Positions 1 to 10,672 of a stretch of DNA of 64,000 nucleotides are shown piece after piece. A model generated the notes under the pieces. It was not told where the DNA came from and searched no databases. It was given only the letters and a program-made list of their open reading frames with translations. This DNA is from a bacterium. Its GTDB lineage: Bacteria; UBA8248. Every line of letters begins with the position of its first letter. The first letter of the stretch is position 1. The stretch covers positions 1,952,001 through 2,016,000 of the forward strand of contig CBDBZU010000004.1 of assembly GCA_965213625.1 (NCBI GenBank), written 5' to 3'. The translations under genes were made by a program, and so were the position numbers.

Positions 1-120
1 ACTGGCCCGGATGCCTGGATCCCGAAGCACCGAACCACAAAACCTGTAGGTTGCGGCAGCCCCGTTGACGGCGGATGACGGCATGACGATGAAGGCCGTT
101 TTCCGGATCGAGTCCTCGAC

Positions 121-573
121 TCATCCACGGGCTTGGGGTTTCTCTCTTATCGGCGAGCGAGACGGCGTGATAATGTCGCAGGCCGGACCCGTAGCGCGGC
201 CGAGCTTCCGGTCAAGCGTAATCAGCGGAGAGCCCAGCGCCTGGGGACGCGGGATTTCCCCGGATTGCTCCAGGTGGCACAGTATGTTGAACGTCTCGGC
301 CAACACGAATTCAGGGGCGGCCAGGGAACCATCGGCGAGCGTCACGTCCGGTCCGCATCACGCGCATGCAAGATGGTGGCAGGTCGAGCGCGGGCGCCTG
401 ACGCCTCCTTGCGGTCGCGAACGCCTTACAGCCATACCCCAATAGATGGCCGCGCAGCGATTCGCTCCAACTCGCAGGAATTCCTGCATGGATTGACGTT
501 ACGACGCCGCGCGCGCGGCAAGCTCGTCTCGCACATCCTCGGGAACGCCTCTGATGGTGATTTGCACAGACAT
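121..573 (-). pseudogene. Decayed FitA/VapB-like RHH antitoxin plus PIN/VapC toxin fragment
   Basis: ATG at 573 reads MSVQITIRGVPEDVRDELAARAAS*RQSMQEFLR (FitA-like, in-frame TAA at 499-501). ORF 121-345 contains PIN-like pieces APEFVLAETFNIL and ALGSPLITLDRKL. Confidence 0.6.
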
Positions 574-1456
574 GAGATTATTATGCCATCATAAGACAAT
601 GCTAGGTAACGGCGGCAGATAGCCGGATACGATGGGAAACCCGCGGAAAAGACGTCTTCCTTGAAGAACGATTTCGTCCGGGGAGAGCAACTCCCGCTGC
701 GAGTTACGCCATATCAGGCGCATGGGGGTTGAGTCGTTGCGATCTCGGTGTGGAGTCCAGACGTATTATAATAAAGGAGACGACCCCGACCGCGCCAGGG
801 TCTCACCTGGAATCTAGTTGAAATTCATGAATTTTGCAGATTTTCATGAAGACAGACAGAAACTCCATCACGGACATGGGTATGATGCGCATCTTGTTTG
901 CCATGGTGCCTGACAATGGCCGGATATGCGTATTCTTCTGGCGAATCTCTCGCCGGTACGGAACAGAATACCGGGACTCCGATCGCGCAAGCAGCGTAGT
1001 CGGGAAATTAACGGAATGCCCGTTCGATATCCTTACAGTTCTCCCGTTCGGTGAATATCGATTCCTGTATGGGGAATGGGAACCATTATCACCAGGCGGG
1101 GAGAGAAGCCGAACGTATCCAACCGGAGCGTCGCAACTCATCGCCGGGTAAACGCTCTCGGGCGCCGCGCGTCACCGAATCATGCATGGGACGCTTCTAT
1201 CTCGAAAAAAGCCGCCCACGACTTTATATCAGGCCAAACCGTGCAATCGGTGACGGATGCAGGACAACCCGATTCGTCCGCCGATATGGTGCGGGAGAAA
1301 CGGTGCGAGACCCGCAGCGTGGTGCAGGGAGAAACATTACCCGCACTCGGATCAGGTTCGCTCAAAACGGGATTCGACAAGTTGCGCCGCAAGAGTTGCG
1401 CTGACACGCTTTCCTGCTAGAATCGCTCATTCCCCCCGAGAAATACCCCGCCCTGG

Positions 1457-2511
1457 ATGACCCGTAACGAGACGGAAGAATCGATGATGGCGACTGGATA
1501 TACCGGCGAGGCCTGGAACACGAAGGAATTCTTTGAGTGCGCTGGCGCGGCGGATACTCTACGCCGCCTGCAGGACGGAGCCGATGTCAACGCGCGGGAT
1601 GAGAGAGGATGGACGCCTCTTCACAGGGCGGCGGCGTTCGGCAAGACGCCCGGGGTCGTGACCGCCTTGGTCGAAGCCGGGTCCAATCCGAATGCGCGGG
1701 ATGAAGACGGAGCAACTCCCCTGCACGCAGCGGCGCTTGGCGCGACTCCCGGTGTCGTAACGGCTCTGGTTCAGGCCGGGGCCGATCCGAACGCAGGAGA
1801 AAAAACCGGATGGACCCCGCTGCACGCGGTGGCGGCGCGAAGCGCGAGCCCCGGAGTCGTGACGGCCCTGGTGCGGAGCGGGGCCGACCCGGACGCCCGG
1901 TCCATCAAGGGAGAGACGCCCCTGCACGAAGCTGCCGCCAGCTGCAGGACTCCCGGCGTCGTGCTCGCGCTGCTTCGGTCCGGCGCCGACGCGCGCGCAC
2001 GGAATCGGGAGGGAATGACGCCTCTGCACCGCACCGCTGGCTCCGGCGCGATCCCCGGCGTCGTGACGGTTCTGGCGCAGGCGGGCGCCGACGTGAACGA
2101 TTGCTTTGACGGAGTGACCCCCTGCACTGGGCGGCGGCGAACGGCGAAACCCCCGAGATGGCGAAGGCTCTCGTCCGGGCGGGCGCCGACCCAAACGCGC
2201 GCACCGGAGAGGGCGTGACTCCCCTGCGCTCTACGGCGGGCTCCGGCGCAACCCCCCGGATCGTAACGCTCCTCATCGACGCCGGGGCCGAGCCGAACGC
2301 CCGGGACCGGAAAGGGCGCACGCCCCTGCACGTGGCGGCGTGTTTCGGCAAGGCCGTCCCTGCCGTCGCGCAGGCCCTGCTTGCCGCCGGCGCCGAGCCG
2401 GCGACAAGGGAGGAGAACGAGGAAACGCTCCGGGATATCGTAAGGATTCTCCGCACAGGGGAACGGACGTTTTCCGGCGCTTTAAGGATGAACGGCGTCC
2501 ATAGCCGATAG
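1457..2511 (+). pseudogene. Ankyrin-repeat protein split by a 1-bp frameshift (ORFs 1457-2218 and 2158-2511)
   Basis: Repeated G-x-TPLH-x-AA...V-x-AL-x-x-GADPNAR units. Adding one C to the C-run at 2118-2122 restores GVTPLHWAAANGETPEMAKALVRAGADPNAR. Confidence 0.85.
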
Positions 2512-3219
2512 AAATTGCGCGCGCGGCGTCACGCGAGGGGTTACTGTCCTTTTCGACCGCCCTCACCGGTTCCGCCCCTGAAATCGTGCCGAGGCGAGCA
2601 GGGGTGGACGCAGCACTTTCTACTTGTCCTGCCGAATGCGGCATCGGGCGCGCTCCCCCCTTTTATTTTTTCGTTTTCCCGCCAATTACGCGGTGAACAA
2701 CCCGGCGCGTAGCGCGCCCGGCCGCATCACGCAAGAACACGCTCCGGCGCCCAACTTCGAGTAAAATCGCCGCAGACGTCGTACGGACTCAGGTCCTTCA
2801 CGACGGGTCCGGGAAAAAAAAACCCTCCATACTCGAAACCGAATCATGAGCCGCCCCGACCCGCGCGCAAGGGCGAGAAGCTTTTCTTCCGCCGCACAAT
2901 AATTTCCTTTCCGGCCTACAGAACGGCGAATTCACCATCCCTTACTATGGCAATCCTTTGATTTGACGGCTCCAGCGCTCGTTCCCAAGTAAATTTTTCC
3001 AATAGGGCCCCAGTTTTTTGAATAACACCCTTGAGCGATCATGGTGGCAACTTTCCTATTGGGCATTCATGCGCAAAAGCGCAAGATACCTGAATCTTCA
3101 AAAGCATTTATCTCAGAGATGTTCAGATAACTTTATTGCCAAAATACTACCTCATCCTGAAATTTGACCCAATGCTCCACGATTCCCTGGAGACTCCTGA
3201 CTGATTTGTTTGAGCCCTC

Positions 3220-3555
3220 TCAGGTTAGTAGGCGTAGCGCGGTTTCAGGAGCCTTGTCGAGCAACTTCAGCAGGGCTCGCGCCGCGCCGGTCGGATAACG
3301 CTTCCCCTGCTCCCAATTTCGGATGGTCTCATGCGGCACGTCGATACGACGCGCCAGCTCGACTTGAGAGAGCCCCAGACGTCGCCGGACCCGGCGCGCG
3401 TACCGCGCCATGTCCTGCATTGCCTCGGCGTCGTCTTCCTGAATCTGCAAGGCGATCTCCGCCTCGGTAGTGGCGTCAACCACTGCAGGGTCGAACTGCC
3501 CCTTGGGGAAGGTTACCGGGTCGTCAGGATTAATCCTGACCTTTCTTATACTCAT
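3220..3555 (-). CDS. XRE/HTH antitoxin-type transcriptional regulator
   Basis: VRRRLGLSQVELARRIDVPHETIRNWEQGKRYPTGAARALL is a typical HTH_3 motif; its start overlaps the upstream toxin remnant. Confidence 0.85.
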   Translation of the reverse strand: MSIRKVRINPDDPVTFPKGQFDPAVVDATTEAEIALQIQEDDAEAMQDMARYARRVRRRLGLSQVELARRIDVPHETIRNWEQGKRYPTGAARALLKLLDKAPETALRLLT

Positions 3556-3670
3556 AGTCCTCGACCTCCTTCTGGTTGGCCTTGCGGGCCGAAATGATGC
3601 GGATCGCAGAACCCCGGATCGTGTATATGACGACATACGCTCTCCCGTCGATCATGCCGAGCAGCCGAGT
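3530..3670 (-). pseudogene. BrnT-family toxin C-terminal remnant
   Basis: Reads RLLGMIDGRAYVVIYTIRGSAIRIISARKANQKE (BrnT RIISARKA motif); the N-terminal half is missing in this frame. Confidence 0.7.
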
Positions 3671-4036
3671 TCCAGCGGAGCTGTCAACTTGCTGTTTCGA
3701 CAAGCGAATCCGCTGGAATTACGGAGACGTGGCAGAGCGGTTCGGGAAAGCAATCGCCGGAGCCTGACGTGCTCGATATGCGCGGAGCATGAGTAAACCA
3801 GGCAATGATAGACGGCGAAATGGCTGGGCTGATTGGTCCACAGAAGGCTGATTTAATCCGTCGTCCTCTACCGGCTTTCTATTCAAGTGTCCATACAAGT
3901 GCCCCGGTCTCTTGTTTTGATTTAGCGTGATATGCTATCCGCTACATTTGTATTATTTTTAATTCGTCATCGTCAGTCTTGTTACAGCACGAAAAAATGC
4001 AATACGATTGCGAAAGCAATCATTAAATGATACTTT

Positions 4037-4846
4037 ATGTGCATGATAATGAATTCCCGTCGGCTAAACACCAAAGATTATATCAGAAACCTTCTCGCTG
4101 GCGGGCGCCATCACTTTACTTCAAGCGACGCTCGCGAGGCGCTCGGCGTATCAGCAGCAGCCGCCAAACTCGCTCTTTACCGGCTGTCCAGGCAAAACAT
4201 AATCGCCCAGCCCGCTAGAGGCTTCTACGTAATCGTTCCTCCGGAATACCTCTCTCTGGAGTGTCTGCCGGCGGACCAGTTTATCCCGGCGCTGATGGAG
4301 CACCTGGGGCAAACCTACTATTCAGGTTTGCTTTCAGCCGCGCAATACCACGGCGCGGCCCATCACCGGCCCCAGGAATTCCAGGTGCTGCTCGACAAGG
4401 CCCGTCGGCCGATCCGCTGCGGCCGGGTGCGCGTGGTCTTCATCGTCCGCAAGCATCTTCGGAACGTACCCGTACAAACCTTCAACACGCCCCGGGGCAC
4501 GATTCGGGTGTCGACGCCGGAAGCGACGGCCGTCGATCTCGTCGGCTATTATCACCATACAGGTGGACTCGACCAGGTGGCGACCGTTCTCTCAGAACTC
4601 GCAGGGCAGATCGACCCAGAGAAACTGGTGACGGCCGCGCAGACCGCGCCGATCACCTGGGCGCAAAGACTTGGATACCTGCTCACGTTCGTCAATGCCC
4701 GCGAACGGGTCGTCCCTCTGAAGGATTATGTCAGGAGAGAAGCCCGGCGAACGGTTCCGCTTCTCCCCGGCGCATCAAGCGAAGAAGCGCCTCGCGATGC
4801 GGACTGGAAGCTCCTCGTAAACACGGACGTGGAACCGGACCTGTGA
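4037..4846 (+). CDS. abiEi: Type IV TA antitoxin, AbiEi family
   Basis: N-terminal wHTH, ARGFYVIVPPEY, YYSGLLSAAQYHG and VSTPEATAVDL motifs; GTGA overlap with the toxin gene. Confidence 0.88.
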   Translation: MCMIMNSRRLNTKDYIRNLLAGGRHHFTSSDAREALGVSAAAAKLALYRLSRQNIIAQPARGFYVIVPPEYLSLECLPADQFIPALMEHLGQTYYSGLLSAAQYHGAAHHRPQEFQVLLDKARRPIRCGRVRVVFIVRKHLRNVPVQTFNTPRGTIRVSTPEATAVDLVGYYHHTGGLDQVATVLSELAGQIDPEKLVTAAQTAPITWAQRLGYLLTFVNARERVVPLKDYVRREARRTVPLLPGASSEEAPRDADWKLLVNTDVEPDL

Positions 4847-5682
4847 TCCCGCGCGACTATATCACCGAGTGGCGGGCGCAGGCGCCATGGGTGCAGGATT
4901 TCCAGGTCGAGCAAGACCTCGTCATCAGCCGGGCTTTGATAGCGATTTTTACTCACCCGACCCTGGGAGAAGCGCTGGCCTTCCGGGGAGGTACGGCGCT
5001 CTACAAACTCCACATTCATCCCCCGGCCCGCTATTCGGAGGACATCGACCTCGTACAGGTCAGGACCGAGCCGGCCGGGCCGATGATGGGAGCGGTTCGG
5101 GAAGCCCTCGATCCATGGCTCGGGAAACCGCAATACAAACAGACCAAAGGACGCGTGACATTCAATTACCGCTTTCAGTCCGAGGATGCGCCGCCCCTTC
5201 CGCTGCGGCTGAAAGTGGAAATCAATTCACGGGAACACTTTGCGGTCTACGGATTCACCCGGCTGCCCCTTACCGTGTCTTCGCGCTGGTTCGAGGGCAG
5301 TTGCGCGATCACCACGTATACGCTCAAGGAGTTGCTGGCCACCAAGCTGCGCGCCCTCTACCAGCGTCGTAAAGGCCGGGATCTTTTCGATCTTGCGGTC
5401 GCGCTCGAAACAGGGACTCTCGACCCGGATCGGGTCGTCGCCGCGTTTGTGAAGTATATGGAGCGAGACGGCCACGACGTGACGAGAGCCCGGTTTGAGC
5501 AGAACCTCCAGGCGAAACTGCGCGACCCGCGGTTCAACGCCGATATCGGCCCGCTTCTGGCGACCGGATTTTCCTGGGACGCCGATCAAGCTGCGGCAAT
5601 CGTCCGCTCCAGGCTGATTGCGCGATTGCCGGGTGAGCCGTGGCAGGGCGGCAAAGATAGCAAGGGAAACGCGGAGGGGTAA
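4843..5682 (+). CDS. abiEii: Type IV TA nucleotidyltransferase toxin, AbiEii/AbiGii family
   Basis: QVEQDL, FRGGTAL, RYSEDIDL and KLRALYQRRKGRDLFDL motifs; GTG start at 4843 overlaps the abiEi stop. Confidence 0.9.
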   Translation: MIPRDYITEWRAQAPWVQDFQVEQDLVISRALIAIFTHPTLGEALAFRGGTALYKLHIHPPARYSEDIDLVQVRTEPAGPMMGAVREALDPWLGKPQYKQTKGRVTFNYRFQSEDAPPLPLRLKVEINSREHFAVYGFTRLPLTVSSRWFEGSCAITTYTLKELLATKLRALYQRRKGRDLFDLAVALETGTLDPDRVVAAFVKYMERDGHDVTRARFEQNLQAKLRDPRFNADIGPLLATGFSWDADQAAAIVRSRLIARLPGEPWQGGKDSKGNAEG

Positions 5683-6389
5683 AGGAGCGCGCAACCTGCG
5701 AGGATGGCTCGTTACTTTAGTCGGGGATGGGGTGACGGGCCTGTCTGCAAGTACTTGCCCCTCAACGATTTCTTGCCGGCAGCCATTCTTTACTCTCCAA
5801 GCGCCTCATCCTCAAGAATCTTTTCTTGATTCGATGTGTCGACACGCTCTCTTTTCATCGCCCACCAAGTATCGATTTCATTTTATAATCATTCCTGTGA
5901 TTGTGAATCCTGTTCTGAATTCGGCTTCAGGAACATGTGCTCAAGACGGAACGGGAATCGTTAAATTTCCGTATATATCCCGATTAACCTTGGTGAGCAG
6001 AGTGCGCAGCCCTTCCCAAAAGCCGGTTCGCGACAGCTTATCTTCGGGTATGCTACCCGGCCCTCAGAATCCCCTGATGAACATTAGGCCCACGCACTTC
6101 ACGACCCCGGTTTGCACCTGCTGTGCCGTTTACAAAAATGACGATCTTTTTGACTGTTACTGCGACCGTGATCCAAAAAGTGCTGCTCCGCTCCGTCGCG
6201 GACTGGCAACAGAATCGCCGGGGGATTTACTGGAGAGCCTCTTGCAAAACCCCATTGGAGCAGGGGATAAGTTGTGAAGGTTGGAGCGATTCAAGTGGAC
6301 AAGGGGGCGTTCCCTGCTATGTTGTGGTTATGAGCCCTACAACATCCTGAAGCGGAGGGAACGCCCCATGTCCCTGGTATCGAGTTTAA

Positions 6390-6790
6390 GAGAAGCCCGA
6401 ACCCAAAGACGAGAAGGCGAAACGGCCGAGCCGGCTGCAGCGGCAGTTGCGCATGGACCGCGACACGATGCTGGATGAGTTGCCGACGGCCCCGACGGTT
6501 GGCTTGAGGAAAAACGCGAAGGGCTTTCTTGAGACCTGGAGGGGTTACAAGCTGCATGTGGACGCCGCCGACTCCGGGGTTCCCATTAGCTGCCTGTTGA
6601 CCTCGGCCTCCCTGCATGACAGCTAGGCGGCCATCCCCCTGGCGACCCTGAGCACGGAACGGGTGACATACCTCTATGAACTGATGGATGCGGCCTACGA
6701 CAGCAAAGAGATCGGCCGGCACAGCTACCTCTCAGGTCATGTTCCGACCATCGACGTCAACACCCGCCGGGACAAGGAGCGTAAGAAACC
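6390..6790 (+). pseudogene. DDE transposase remnant (IS1182/IS5-like)
   Basis: WRGYKLHVDAADSGVPISCLLTSASLHDS*AAIPLA...LMDAAYDS; in-frame TAG at 6624-6626; truncated on both sides. Confidence 0.8.
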
Positions 6791-7465
6791 GACATCTCCA
6801 ACAGCCGCACCAGCCGGGCGCCCAACCCGACGGGCAACGCCGCGATTTCGTCATCGACTCCAGATACGGTCTCGACCGTCCATTCTACATCTTCCATTTA
6901 TAGCACATATCCGCTATAATATCTCAATCCGGAGCAGAACGCTGCTTGCGGAGTTCCACGCCACAAGAACATGGAGTACTTCCCCATCGCCTCGAAATTG
7001 GAACGACCTCCGGAGAAACAAGTGCGACGGAAATTCTGCCGTATCGGGCAAGAACCGAATCTACATCGAAAAGGGTTCCCGAAAAACCCATGACCCCGGT
7101 CCGTTTTTTTCCGGGGCCATTCAAGTCGGCGGAAGATTGGGTCGCCCGGGGCGCATGAGCGCCACTCAAGATTGATTTTTTCTCGTAAAAATAATCTGCA
7201 TCCGGTCGGCGGTGAGACCCGCTTCGTCGCGGCCCGCCGGCAGACACCGGCGCGACGGGGTGCGCAGAACTTGTAATGAATCCGCTATCTTTATGATTAC
7301 GGGCCTTGAAACACAGAATCCACGCCATCTTGAAACAATAATAATAGGATATATATCAATTAGTTATAAGAATTCAACGCTATTCCAAATGAGTCCTCGA
7401 TCTAAAAAGTCGGAAAGAAATTCACTGAAAATCCCTTTTTCTATGTATTCAGGAGGACTCACTAA

Positions 7466-9220
7466 ATGAAGTTCAGAGAGAAATCGATAAGCAAGCTTTA
7501 CGCTTTTGCCCTGGCGGCGGTCTTCGCGCTGACGCTGGCTGGCTGCGGCGGCGGCGGCGGAACTGCTGCCGTTGAAGAGCCGCCCCCGATGCCTGATCCG
7601 CAGATGGAATGCGTGGATGCGGGCGGCCGCTGGAATGCGGACAACACATGCACCACGGCTGCGCAACTGGAAGCCATGAAACTGACAGATGCACAAGCAG
7701 CAGCGCAGGCTGCTTACAATGCGGCAAAAGCTGCGGTTGACGCAGCGGAGGCGAATCGCGATTCCGACCCTGATTCCTACGATGCCGCTCAGCGGGCTCT
7801 CGGTGCGGCGGAGGCGGCGAACAGCGCTGCCCAGGCCGCCACCATGTCAGGAGCGGCAGAAGCTGCTCAGGCGGATGCGGAAGACGCCAGGGATAACGCT
7901 GTGGCGTATGCCGGCATGGTGAATCAGGCCAAGGCGGATGACGATGCGGTGGCGGCGGCTGCGGCGGCGCAAGCGGCGCATAACAAGATGGTGGAGACGA
8001 AAATAAAAGCCATTTCGAGTGAGGCCGGCTCTGCGGTTCGAGCTGCTGGTCAGCCGTTTGACGACAACGATGAGGGTGATGATAATGACAACTATGCCGT
8101 CAAAATTTCGCACAAGGACGGCTCGGTGTCGATTGAAATAGATGACCCCGAAATGCCTGCGAAAAACGATCCCCAATTCACAATGTCGGACGGCAAATAC
8201 GTTCGCGACAACGGCGGCGGGGTAACGGAAATCATCAGCGTCATGACCGATATCGATGCGCCCGTGGATACGCCGTTCGGCAAGGAGCATAAACTCACGC
8301 TTGGCGATGCCGACGAGGATAGGACTGGCGATCAATTTACCACTTATGCTGTCAAAGATACGGACAATGGCAAAGTTGCGTCGTCTGAATTTCCGTCAAC
8401 ACCGAACACAGAGAGAAGATTTGACGTTAACGAAGACGGTACAGATAAAAACGAAGGCCAGTTCAGAGGCACCTTCGACGGCGCCTCGGGAACGTTTGAG
8501 TGCGTTGCCAGTAGTGGAAATTGTGATGTTACGACAGACGCCAAGGGTAAGTTAGAGGCGTTGACTCCTGGTGACTGGGAGTTCACACCGGACGCCGGCG
8601 AAACGGTCTCAGTCGCGGATAACGACTTCATGCACTATGGCTTCTGGATCAAGAAATCCACCAAGGACGGGGTGACCACTTATGACGAGGTGCAGACCTT
8701 CGCCGGTCATAGTAAGCCTAGGACCACGAATTACGCCCAAGTCGTAGACGGTTCCGCCAAGTACGAAGGCGGCGCACACGGGGTATACACGTACAATACC
8801 TTCAACGCCGACTCTTCTGTTGACGCCAGATCTGCCGGAACGTTCACGGCGGACGTTGCCCTTACGGCGTACTTCGGCGCGCAAAGTTCCGTGGCAGCGG
8901 ATAAGCACAATAAATTGGAAGGCACCGTGTCGAATTTTGAACTATCCGGTGGCGAACCCAACAAATGGGAACTCACATTGAGATCATCGGCAGAAGCCAA
9001 TATTTCAAATTCTGCCAGATTTACTGACGGCGTAGCGTCAGTAAAGGGACAGGCAGATGCCGCATCATGGTCCGCCTCATTCCATGGCGATGGAGCAGCC
9101 GTGGATGGCAATAATACGGGAACTGTAGCGCCGCCCCCGGCTGTGGTGGGTGAGTTCAACGGTAACTTTGCCAACGGAAGCGTGGCCGGCGCATACGGCG
9201 CAACCTACCAGAAGGACTAG
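7466..9220 (+). CDS. Large surface lipoprotein with Ala-rich stalk and TbpB-like C-terminal beta-barrel
   Basis: RBS AGGAGG, lipobox LAGC followed by poly-Gly, Ala-rich helical segment, FMHYGFW, and C-terminal VVGEFNGNFANGSVAGAYGA. Confidence 0.8.
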   Translation: MKFREKSISKLYAFALAAVFALTLAGCGGGGGTAAVEEPPPMPDPQMECVDAGGRWNADNTCTTAAQLEAMKLTDAQAAAQAAYNAAKAAVDAAEANRDSDPDSYDAAQRALGAAEAANSAAQAATMSGAAEAAQADAEDARDNAVAYAGMVNQAKADDDAVAAAAAAQAAHNKMVETKIKAISSEAGSAVRAAGQPFDDNDEGDDNDNYAVKISHKDGSVSIEIDDPEMPAKNDPQFTMSDGKYVRDNGGGVTEIISVMTDIDAPVDTPFGKEHKLTLGDADEDRTGDQFTTYAVKDTDNGKVASSEFPSTPNTERRFDVNEDGTDKNEGQFRGTFDGASGTFECVASSGNCDVTTDAKGKLEALTPGDWEFTPDAGETVSVADNDFMHYGFWIKKSTKDGVTTYDEVQTFAGHSKPRTTNYAQVVDGSAKYEGGAHGVYTYNTFNADSSVDARSAGTFTADVALTAYFGAQSSVAADKHNKLEGTVSNFELSGGEPNKWELTLRSSAEANISNSARFTDGVASVKGQADAASWSASFHGDGAAVDGNNTGTVAPPPAVVGEFNGNFANGSVAGAYGATYQKD

Positions 9221-10051
9221 TAATAAAGCAGGACACCTTGAGTCTCCGGGGCTTCACGGCCCCGGGGCCGGGGCGAGTTGTGAAGGAGAACGAATAGGGG
9301 GGTTGCTCGTTGGTTGCTCTCTCGTGATGGGTAAACTGTACCGCTCCTGGCTATGAGTTTGAGTCCTCGAGCCGGGAACGGGAACAACGAGCAACCCCTG
9401 TTCTTCTTCATGCACCAAGAGAAAAAGGGACTGCCCCCCTCTCCAGGAACAACCCGGGATAGAGAGGGCGGGCGGTCCCTTTCTTATGTGGACATCTTTC
9501 AAGCTATTCGGTGTAGATGCAGGAGTTTTCCGCTCTCGCTTCCGTTCTCCCGTGCCACGTATGTCTTTTCTTATTTGTGTCTGTCTGTCGCAAGAACACC
9601 AGAAAACCCCTGGCGGGTTTTCGCATCCCCCATCTCAAGGGAGCATATCATCGCACCATTTGATCCATGTCTTCGAAGCCTACCTCATGAATCGATTAAT
9701 TTGACTTTAGGAATTTACTGATTCATGTTCCCGCCAGCGCGGAGATGAAGCGGGGAAGCCTGAGGATGTATTCACTGGGAAACCACCTAACCTAGCGCGG
9801 AAAGAGTCTGCTTTCGCCGGGAGGCGACGGCGCATCCTGCGTTCCCGCCCCCTAGGTATCCGGTTCCGGCGGAAGACGCATGCCTTGATCGCATGTCTGA
9901 GCGTGTCTGTCGTAAAACGTCGAAATTCCGTTTTCTATCTGGTTGAAATCCTCATGTTTTCGTATTATATTCGTAATTAAGGACCGACAGGAGCGCGGCG
10001 GGAAATCCCCGCCGCCGCTCCCGCGACACGCATGATGGGGAGAACACTTCT

Positions 10052-10672
10052 TTGGGAATCTGCACACGAGACAGAAACCGCACCGGCTGGAGGGTCTTCC
10101 TCGATCCCGGAATGTGGTTCCGCTCCCTGCTCCTGACGGCTGTCTTCGTCGTTTCCTTGTCGGCGCTGGCCTGCGTAGTGGGGCTTGCGCGTGACACGAC
10201 GGGCCATGACTGGCATGCGAGCGGCAAGCTCTTTTGGGCGGAAACGCTGCTCGCACTCCACTTCGACCGCCGGGCGCCGGTCAGGTACCGGACGAGGAAG
10301 GGCGCGGAAGTAACACTCCCTCGCGGCGAACTCCTGTTCAATGGCGAGGCGCTGCTGGCGCGTGACCGTCTCCTCTACACGGCGAAGCGGTCCGCCGAGT
10401 TGGGCGCCTGGTGCGGCCTGGGCGGCGCGTTGATATGCCTCGCGCTGGTCTGGTGTTATGAGGCCGAACGCGGCGATCGGCGCACGCCGCAGGAGCCCCG
10501 CAGGAGGAGCCCGGGCTCAGCTTCACCGACGCCCGAGGCCATGGCGCCCGTCCCTACACCGACTGGACCGGATGCTCCCCGGCCCCGGAAACAACAGCCT
10601 GCCGGCGCGAACCGCAGGGAAGAAGCGCCTGCGCCCGCACCTCGTAAGCGCAACTACGGCCGCTGGATCTGA
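10052..10672 (+). CDS. Two-TM protein resembling the N-terminal anchor of a TraD/TrwB coupling protein, without ATPase domain
   Basis: Two hydrophobic segments and a Pro-rich tail; no Walker A; its stop overlaps the relaxase ATG. Start uncertain (10052 or 10112). Confidence 0.5.
   Translation: MGICTRDRNRTGWRVFLDPGMWFRSLLLTAVFVVSLSALACVVGLARDTTGHDWHASGKLFWAETLLALHFDRRAPVRYRTRKGAEVTLPRGELLFNGEALLARDRLLYTAKRSAELGAWCGLGGALICLALVWCYEAERGDRRTPQEPRRRSPGSASPTPEAMAPVPTPTGPDAPRPRKQQPAGANRREEAPAPAPRKRNYGRWI

Noticed and set aside
1076-1420. ORF starting MGTIITRRG resembling an integrase N-terminus
   Set aside because: Similarity covers only a few residues and no integrase motifs follow.
5700-6300. Possible decayed gene (minus-strand NLTIPVPS, HsdS-like)
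   Set aside because: Too short and interrupted by stops to support a call.
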